64,000 nucleotides of DNA from Perna viridis. Taxonomy: Eukaryota. Positions within the stretch are counted from its first letter, which is position 1; each line of letters starts with the position of its first letter. The position numbers and the translations under genes are program-made. The stretch lies in NCBI GenBank assembly GCA_037379345.1, contig CM074524.1:11648885-11712884 (forward strand), in the 5' to 3' direction. Below are positions 55,081 through 64,000 of this stretch, one piece after another. The notes beneath the pieces are model-generated. The model saw nothing but the letters and a program-made list of their open reading frames with translations. It ran no database searches and was not told the origin of the DNA.

Positions 55081-57576
55081 ACATTATTGCTATATTTGTA
55101 AGGTAAAAGTAACAGAAGTCGAGTATACCCGGAAGTAAAATCAATAAGCAGGTATTGTGTACAATTTGATGGGTATATATCATCAAAAGTGGCTTTGATA
55201 TAGGAATTTGTTAAATTTATGACTATTTCTACTCTTATAGATAGCAACTCAAGTGGGAGTTAAACGTGACACAGACGTTGGCTGCCCAGCTACGTATGAG
55301 ACCTCTTTACAATTAGAAGAGAATATGCAATATTATGAAGTTGCAGTTTGACACATAGTTGTTTATTACTAACGCAGAAAATTCGGCTCAGGCTTAAATA
55401 ACCAATCTCTCAAAGAAAAAGACACTAAATGGATATTAAACTATAAAGACTTAGTGAACTTTAGAAGGAAAACATTGGCAGATCTATGTCTTGAAAGTCA
55501 AATGTTTTGTATAATGAGCAAAATGTGCTATATAATTCAACGACTGGGCACCACCAATCCTTGAAAAACTTAATTCATCATTGAGACAGAACATCTATCA
55601 GATATATTTATTTTTTAAATTTATGTCTACATGATAAAAGTGGAGAGAATAGCAATAAACAGAAGATTTTGCACTGTAATGCAATGTTTCGAGATCCCGG
55701 AAGTTAGCGATAAAATGCAGACCTGTCATCGGATTTCAAACCGTTCAATATGGGAAATTCCGGAAAGAAAAATGAAGGCTAGAAACCACTAATTCCACTT
55801 CCCATAGGCTTCTATGCTAATTTCACAATATTCAATGGCTTCTCTGGACTTTACCTTAACTTTAACCTGCAGAGGACTATATATCAGCATGATTCTACGT
55901 ATGTCAGCTCACAATCCTCAGAATGGCATGTGGGGTTAGCAGACTTGAAGTGCAGTACTGGTCACCGAAAGTGAAGGGTCTATAAATAGCATGGGAAATC
56001 CCAGTGTTTTCACAAGATAGGGGTATATTTAGAAACCATTATGGAGATTAGGCTTCACATCACAAGAAGCAAAATGCACCTATAAAATGTACAGAAATGT
56101 TTTTCCTTTCAGAAACTGTTTAAATTTTTTAAATAAGATGAGAACTTTTTTCACAGCACTATGAGGAACTGGGGTAATTTCTGCGTAGGACTATTTTTGC
56201 TCATTGGTTGAATTGGTGGTCTGTAACCTGAAACTAGAATAAGACCCACAAACCCGAAACTGTCTTATCGTGACTTCTTATAAAGGGTTTTTAAACGAAA
56301 ACAAATTTGTAATTTTAAAATACGATTTAGAAAGGATTATAATCATGGAAAGTTACGATCAAATAGATATTCAAATTTCGATACTAAAACAAAACAGACA
56401 ATAAGAAACCACAAACAAAGGTACAGCATCGAAAAGCGTACACAGTGATAAAAATTAATGGACAGTTGAGACACCAACTAAATCAACTAGCAATCATTAA
56501 ATGTGCCGGTAGGGTAGAAACAGTACATCAAATTGACATTGCAGACTGAAATAGGGAAAAAAACGTTTCCAATTACACAAATGTCGATGATGTATAAAGT
56601 AAATATTGGTTTAAAGGAAACTTGAACCATGATATTTATTTCTGGCATTTTTTTTTTTAACTCCTCTAAATCTACCTTAAAATTAGCATCAAAACATCAT
56701 TTTACAATTGGGCATTAATAGATAATTTCTATCAGATAAGCTTCGAATAGAATCTAACATGAAGCCTTACGTTTGCACTTAACTTATCAAACCACACGCG
56801 AGCCTCATTTTCAAATCTTTAAATAAGAGCAACAAGCATACCAAAGGGCTAGATAACATCAAAAGATTATGTAAGTTTTTTGAAAACAAACAAAAAGATT
56901 ACAAACAAAGATGATCTCGATTGTTTGTTGTGTTTTTTGCCCCATTTCTGGTTTTATCATAAATTTTGCAGACAAGTTGACTTTCTGTATTATCCGATAT
57001 TAACGCTTCAATGGCGAGTACTTAGCCATTATTTCAATTTGACGCAACGAGGTCTCTAAGAGCACTCAACTTTAAGTGAGAGCACGAATGATGATTATCT
57101 AAAGGTAATTTGAATTTTCAAGTTTAAAATCAACTTTTTCACCAGTATCACTTTGTTATGATGCGGAAACAGACCTGCGCTGGGCATTGCATTAATAATA
57201 TAATACACAGTGTTTCCGGTTCATGTGGTACCATAATGAATTGCGGTTGTCATATTTCTAAGCTTGTCACTACAAGTGCGTGAGCATGTTAGTAAATTTC
57301 CATGAAATGTTGCAAAGCAAATAAAATTATTTGACAAGATTGCACCTTTCGTCTTTAGCTATATAATATGCACAACTAAATAAATATCTAAATGAATAAC
57401 TGTCATTTTTACAGCTTTGAAATTGGGTTGTAAAATCTTGTGTTATGAATATTGGTGTCAATGGGACACTTCACAGCTCATAATGTCCTTATTCAGTACG
57501 TGTATTTCTGTCAGTATTATGAGCAAAGTAAATAACAACACCGAGGCAGAAAATATACTTTCAAATAATAGAACTA

Positions 57577-58068
57577 CAGTAAAATCTGTCTAAACCGAGC
57601 CCCTTTTTGAGTGCAGTTTGTAATCGATACTCCTCAGTCTTTCTAGTTACACAAAAAGAAAACCCCTCAATCTGTCCAGAATTTGACCAAGCCGATTCTA
57701 AAATTATATTTTTACTGGTTGAAAATTTTACCATTATTTTTTCCTAGCTCCTCGCTCCGCATCAAAAATCTTTACAGGGTTATTGTTCTTTATTTCTAGT
57801 GATAATTGACCATTTTTTAGCGCCACCTGATGAAAAAAACTACTTTGAGTCGCGTATGACTACAATTCAGGCATTTTTTTCCAGAAGAAATTCTCCTTTC
57901 TGCATCCGAGGTTATTTTTAGTGTAACGGTTGAGTTTGTTTGGCTTTAACAGGTGTTCGGTTTATCTAAATTTGAATGCATTTAAATGTATATGAAGGGA
58001 GAATAAAAATGCCTGGTTTAAACAGGATTTGGGTTCTATTCAGGGTTTGTTTGAGACAGATTCCAGTG
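57577..58068. mobile_element. TA-flanked CAGT-terminus MITE, family C (right half reduplicated at 60270-60518)
   Basis: ta|CAGTAAAATCTGTCTAAACCG ... TTTGAGACAGATTCCAGTG|ta. Confidence 0.55.
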
Positions 58069-59587
58069 TACAACCTAGATCTGGCACACATGGTGTATTT
58101 ACTGTATGTTAGGATATACTAGTACGATATTTGTTTTTTTCAAATCATTTGAGGCAATGTCAAAGCCAACAGTGAAAATCTGTCCACAGAACATACAATA
58201 TAAAGCTTAATTAATTGTGATAATTATAAAATGAGTTTCAATAGTAGGAAATAGGCCGTATTTTTTCAAATAAAAAGACCTAATACGTTAAACGCCACTT
58301 TAAAGTGCAGTAAAAAAAACATAAATTTGTAATGAAAGAATCTCGTTTGAGATAAGACCCAGATGTCTTCTTTCTTTGAGAAAAAGAAGGCAGCGGAAAC
58401 CACCGCATATTACCGACCAATATTGCTAAATGCGCGTACTTTCGGTGAAAAGTATTAAATGCATTTTTTTCTTTCTTTCCAACAAATAAGTTTGAGTTGC
58501 ATTTTGGTATAATAGTAGAGAAAATCTGATTTTCTTCCCACTTTCGAACTGGTTGTATTTTCGTTTCTTTCGGAAACATATTTTCTCTTTTGAATATGAC
58601 GATGCGCACTCGGACTTTATAAACCGAAAGAGTTTTAAACTTGTGAAACAGTTGCACCATTGGTTGGACGATAAGTACCAAGTAATCTTCTTTTCTTCTG
58701 AAAATACTTTCAAACATACGTTTTATACAGCGCCATGGGTTAAAAACACGAGACTGCTTAGGTAAACAGAAGTAAGCTTTGCTCGTTGATTTATAATACG
58801 GTATCGGTGTTACGTTTGGTGTGTGTACGTTTTTAAGTACTTCTCCGTCTAAGAATCGGGCAAATGTGTGACACATAAAGAAAAAAAACGCAGAGATTTT
58901 ATTGCATTGACCAAGTATTTCTATCTGATTACCTCAAGAAATAATCATGAAAGTGTTTGTAAGTTTTGCCTTTTTAAGATATAGATTGGTCAAGTTTGTA
59001 AAAGAAATGGCGGGAAAAAATTCCCGCACTTTTTTCTGATAAAAGCAGTCAAAACATTCTTATGTCATGGGTGCTTCAGAATAAATTTAAATAGCCTTTT
59101 AGCTGATTTTGTAGCTGTATGGAATATGTTTGAGGCAAAAAAGACCAAATTGGGAATTATGATGTGCCGCCTAGTCTCTGATTCTTCCACACAATGGTAC
59201 TTAATTGTAAATTTCTGTCTTCGGCTTCTCTTGCTTCGTCTGTTCAAGCTAATCCGATTCAAACTTAATGAATACAAATATATTTTATGTAAATTCTTTA
59301 AAAAAAAAAGGTGATCTGAACCGAAACTGAAAATTAGTAATCGGGCGGTTGTAAGTTAGATCCTACATTTAGTGACTGACTAATACTGGGTCTTTTTAAT
59401 TAGATTATGTTCAGTTGGTTGTAAATGGGTTTTTCTTTCAACAATGGCTTCCTTGGTCTTTTACTAAACCATTTTCAATATCCGGAACTTTATCCTTGAT
59501 TGAAACCGCCCTACATTTATTTATCTAGTTGATAAATTATCATGCACCACGTTTTCCATTATGTACTTCGTGGTAGTTATGTCCAAA

Positions 59588-60040
59588 ATGGATGCTATTC
59601 ATCTTGCGTTGATCCTAAGTTATTTTCACGTTGCAAAGCAACTCCTGGAAGAGTAATCAAGTGAACCAAGGTTATAGCGGTAATCAAAAGAATGTAATCC
59701 AGGGACAAAGACCAGACATGGAAGACAGACATACACAACAAAGAACATAAAGTAACTAAAATCATACATACAAAGTAACAAAAGCAAATGGGCAACTCGG
59801 ACTCCACCAAAAACTGGGAGCATGGACCAAGTGCACCAATCGGGTAGGGAAACTTGACTTAAACCTCCTATACTACAATGTCACAGAGGTACCCCTACGG
59901 ACCCGACGTTGTTTTTTCACCTTGCGAGGAATGTGACTGTATTGGTGACAGGTTTCGATGTCGTATTTTCGACTGCTTTTACGTGGATCATTGTAACGGT
60001 ACTTTCATAAATCCCGGAGAATGTTGTCCTCAATGTAATA
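59588..60040 (+). pseudogene. Signal-peptide + VWC-domain exon, copy 1, interrupted by a repeat
   Basis: AAAATGG start giving hydrophobic MDAIHLALILSYFHVAK; after the insertion QRYPYGPDVVFSPCEECDCIGDRFRCRIFDCFYVDHCNGTFINPGECCPQC fits VWC spacing (CxxCxC..C..C..C..GxCCPxC); donor A|gtgaga. Confidence 0.6.
59650..59860 (-). mobile_element. Interspersed repeat fragment inserted in the VWC gene (second copy ~62098-62308)
   Basis: The minus strand reads cccagtttttggtggagtccgagttgc followed by a T/G-rich tail, resembling a common bivalve retro-derived repeat; it introduces stops between the leader and the VWC frame. Confidence 0.5.
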
Positions 60041-62035
60041 GTGAGACTATGCGGAACATGTTTATTTTAAGTTTCATATATTACATGACACATGCAGCAA
60101 TATGCTTCCTTTTTGTATAAATATCCAATGTAAAGTGTTTTTTTTCTGACTGTATTTTTCTGCGTTATTTTGGTTGATCCAGACATTTTAGTTTACGTGT
60201 TTTGTACTGTATATGATTTTGTATAATGCAACCAAATACTTGCCCTAGACGTGTTGTTTATACGAGTGTGCCACCTGATGAAAAAAACTACTTTGAGTCG
60301 CGTATGACTACAATTCAGGCATTTTTTTTCCAGAAGAAATTCTCCTTTCTGCATCCGAGGTTATTTTTAGTGTAACGGTTGAGTTTGTTTGGCTTTAACA
60401 GGTGTTCGGTTTATCTAAATTTGAATACATTTAAATGTATATGAAGGGAGAATAAAAATGCCTGGTTTAAACAGGATTTGGGTTCTATTCAGGGTTTGTT
60501 TGAGACAGATTCCAGTGTACAACCTAGATCTGGCACACATGGTGTATTTACTGTATGTTAGGATATACTAGTACGATATTTGTTTTTTTTCAAATCATTT
60601 GAGGCAATGTCAAAGCCAACAGTGAAAATCTGTCCACAGAACATACAATATAAAGCTTAATTAATTGTGATAATTATAAAATGAGTTTCAATAGTAGGAA
60701 ATAGGCCGTATTTTTTCAAATAAAAAGACCTAATACGTTAAACGCCACTTTAAAGTGCAGTAAAAAAACATAAATTTGTAATGAAAGAATCTCGTTTGAG
60801 ATAAGACCCAGATGTCTTCTTTCTTTGAGAAAAAGAAGGCAGCGGAAACCACCGCATATTACCGACCAATATTGCTAAATGCGCGTACTTTCGGTGAAAA
60901 GTATTAAATGCATTTTTTTCTTTCTTTCCAACAAATAAGTTTGAGTTGCATTTTGGTATAATAGTAGAGAAAATCTGATTTTCTTCCCACTTTCGAACTG
61001 GTTGTATTTTCGTTTCTTTCGGAAACATATTTTCTCTTTTGAATATGACGATGCGCACTCGGACTTTATAAACCGAAAGAGTTTTAAACTTGTGAAACAG
61101 TTGCACCATTGGTTGGACGATAAGTATCAAGTAATCTTCTTTTCTTCTGAAAATACTTTCAAACATACGTTTTATACAGCGCCATGGGTTAAAAACACGA
61201 GACTGCTTAGGTAAACAGAAGTAAGCTTTGCTCGTTGATTTATAATACGGTATCGGTGTTACGTTTGGTGTGTGTACGTTTTTAAGTACTTCTCCGTCTA
61301 AGAATCGGGCAAATGTGTGACACATAAAGAAAAAAATCGCAGAGATTTTATTGCATTGACCAAGTATTTCTATCTGATTACCTCAAGAAATAATCATGAA
61401 AGTGTTTGTAAGTTTTGCCTTTTTAAGATATAGATTGGTCAAGTTTGTAAAAGAAATGGCGGGAAAAAATTCCCGCACTTTTTTCTGATAAAAGCAGTCA
61501 AAACATTCTTATGTCATGGGTGCTTCAGAATAAATTTAAATAGCCTTTTAGCTGATTTTGTAGCTGTATGGAATATGTTTGAGGCAAAAAAGACCAAATT
61601 GGGAATTATGATGTGCCGCCTAGTCTCTGATTCTTCCACACAATGGTACTTAATTGTAAATTTCTGTCTTCGGCTTCTCTTGCTTCGTCTGTTCAAGCTA
61701 ATCCGATTCAAACTTAATGAATACAAATGTATTTTATGTAAGTTCTTAAAAAAAAAAGGTGATCTGAACCGAAACTGAAAATTAGTAATCGGGCGGTTGT
61801 AAGTTAGATCCTACATTTAGTGACTGACTAATACTGGGTCTTTTTAATTAGATTATGTTCAGTTGGTTGTAAATGGGTTTTTCTTTCAACAATGGCTTCC
61901 TTGGACTTTTACTAAACCATTTTCAATATCCGGAACTTTATCCTTGATTGAAACCGCCCTACATTTATTTATCTAGTTGATAAATTATCATGCACCACGT
62001 TTTCCATTATGTACTTCGTGGTAGTTATGTCCAAA

Positions 62036-62488
62036 ATGGATGCTATTCATCTTGCGTTGATCCTAAGTTATTTTCACGTTGCAAAGCAACTCCTGGAAGA
62101 GTAATCAAGGGAACCAAGGTTATAGCGGTAATCAAAAGAATGTAATCCAGGGACAAAGACCAGACATGGAAGACAGACATACACAACAAAGAACATAAAG
62201 TAACTAAAATCATACATACAAAGTAACAAAAGCAAATGGGCAACTCGGACTCCACCAAAAACTGGGAGCATGGACCAAGTGCACCAATCGGGTAGGGAAA
62301 CTTGACTTAAACCTCCTATACTACAATGTCACAGAGGTACCCCTACGGACCCGACGTTGTTTTTTCACCTTGCGAGGAATGTGACTGTATTGGTGACAGG
62401 TTTCGATGTCGTATTTTCGACTGCTTTTACGTGGATCATTGTAACGGTACTTTCATAAATCCCGGAGAATGTTGTCCTCAATGTAATA
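62036..62488 (+). pseudogene. Signal-peptide + VWC-domain exon, copy 2, same interruption
   Basis: Identical VWC peptide to copy 1; donor at 62489. Confidence 0.6.
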
Positions 62489-63089
62489 GTGAGACTAAGC
62501 GGAACATGTTTATTTTAAGTTTCATATATTACATGACACATGCAGCAATATGCTTCCTTTTTGTATAAATATCCGATGTAAAGTGTTTTTTTTCTGACTG
62601 TATTTTTCTGCGTTATTTTAGTTGATCCAGACATTTTAGTTTACGTGTTTTGTACTGTATATGATTTTGTATAATGCAACCAAATACTTGCCCTAGACGT
62701 GTTGTTTATACGAGTGTGTTCCTGCTTTCGTTACTACAAATCGAACCCTTGTCTCCAATAAAGAGTAAACAGTCATTTTCACTAAGTAATACAAGGTATA
62801 AATTCTATTTGAATCTATCATGTTTTAGAGAAAGTGATTTCAAATAGTAGAGACATATACATAAAGCGCATAGAAAGGTTTCGGAATATTACTTTTTTCA
62901 TCTTTGAACGAAAGGGGGCAGTTTAAAATTATATTTTTTAAACAATCTTATGATGAACATCGTTATTAAGACAAGTGACTGCAGTACATTAAAATTGAAT
63001 ACATGTATTTAAAAAGGAATACGTAGTGCCCCTATGATCTCAGGATTGTGCGACAATCGCTCTATAAAACCCTGATAGTATACTTTCAG

Positions 63090-63238
63090 GGACGAACTGC
63101 TTTGATGGCAGAACGATTATACCTGCTGGAAAAGACGTAAAGATGTACGGAGGCTCATTAACGTGTCGTTGTCCTGAGGACATTACCACAGAGAAGACTG
63201 AAGGGCATGCCATGTGTAAATCAGCAGGCACGAAATAA
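63090..63238 (+). CDS. Terminal Cys-rich exon of the VWC-domain gene
   Basis: tactttcag|GG then open TNCFDGRTIIPAGKDVKMYGGSLTCRCPEDITTEKTEGHAMCKSAGTK*; phase 1 matches the upstream donor. NC..G.TIIPAG..V..C.C..A.C resembles the module following VWC in small molluscan secreted proteins. Confidence 0.6.
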
Positions 63239-63489
63239 TAATTATACACTCTCAATGTCACCTGTAGTTTATTGTGGCTAGCCTTTGTAACAAAAAATGA
63301 CGTAACGTGATGCCCATGTATGCACACAAGTTGCGGGTCTTTTGGGAGTCATGGGGTTGGAAGACCATGCAGATTTTTTGTTGGAAAAGTAATATTCATA
63401 GTAAGTGACGCGTAACGCCTTTGCCCATATTGCATTTAATAGCAAATTGATAGTTAAAGTAACTCCGCATTTGGATAAACACTGTTAGC

Positions 63490-63990
63490 ATTCACCTCGC
63501 GGAAGTACTAACTGAATGCTCAGAAAAGTAGAAGGAAGCGGTCAATAATAAAGCCTTACCGACATTACTGCTTTATACAACAATATCAGGAAAATAATTG
63601 TACTTTTACTTTTGCTAACAAATCCCAACAATACAGCTACGCTTAATAATATATTGTCAGTATAAAACATGAATTTTCACTCAACATCATACTTTAGATC
63701 TCTTGCGAAGAAATCGGTTAAAACCATGCATGACAATCATTTTGCCACATGAATGCGCATGCTTACTCAAATATTTAATGCAACCTGAGGTGTGGGCTTG
63801 TATAATTTATAGACAGAAAGACATAAGTCGAAACAGCAGAAAATGACAATGTCAGCATTTATATATCAAGTCGTCTCTTAGTTCTATTGCACCCTTTTCC
63901 TTACATGGTTGTCCATGCGTGCTCTCAGTTCGATCCGCATGCCGTGTAGATTCGGTGACGTCATGGCGTCAGATTGAAGGTTTGTAAGTC
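63490..63990 (+). promoter_or_regulatory. Candidate promoter and first exon of a downstream gene
   Basis: CGGAAGT (63500), TGCGCATGC (63754), Inr-like TCAGTT (63925), GTGACGTCA (63955), CATGGCG, then donor gtaagt (63984). Confidence 0.35.
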
Positions 63991-64000
63991 CATTGGGATG

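Larger units (their letters stand above)
57822..62718. repeat. Near-identical direct tandem duplication, ~2448-bp unit x2
   Basis: 57822-60269 repeated at 60270-62718; roughly ten substitutions plus homopolymer indels seen by eye. Confidence 0.97.

Noticed and set aside
58280-58876. Longest ORFs (198 aa, and 191 aa at 60750, minus strand)
   Set aside because: No recognisable domain or splice context, AT-driven composition, and the two copies differ by a frameshifting homopolymer indel near the end.
59010-59028. GCGGGAA-AAAA-TTCCCGC hairpin as a Helitron 3' end or terminator
   Set aside because: No properly spaced CTRR terminus; intrinsic terminators are not applicable here.

Overview
AT-rich eukaryotic (animal) genomic DNA with spliceosomal introns. 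The repeat content suggests a bivalve mollusc, possibly a mytilid mussel, but this is an inference from motif recognition. One clear gene is present: an RBM24/RBM38 (SUP-12-like) single-RRM RNA-binding protein on the + strand. It has four coding exons (26581-26754, 27947-28085, 32772-32829, 41684-41996; 684 nt, 227 aa), including a 58-nt exon missed by the ORF track, and a long AU-rich 3' UTR. Near the end lies a small secreted Cys-rich VWC-domain gene that appears disrupted. Its signal-peptide/VWC exon is interrupted by a ~215-bp repeat and duplicated within a ~2.45-kb near-identical tandem duplication, with a single terminal exon at 63090-63238. The remainder is intergenic/intronic sequence with a compound minisatellite (81-bp and 35-bp units), several non-autonomous TIR element families, SINE-like fragments, local tandem duplications and one assembly gap. 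There are no prokaryotic features, CRISPR arrays, tRNA or rRNA genes that I can support. I found no convincing novel multi-gene system; the best leads are structural or evolutionary and are listed as findings.
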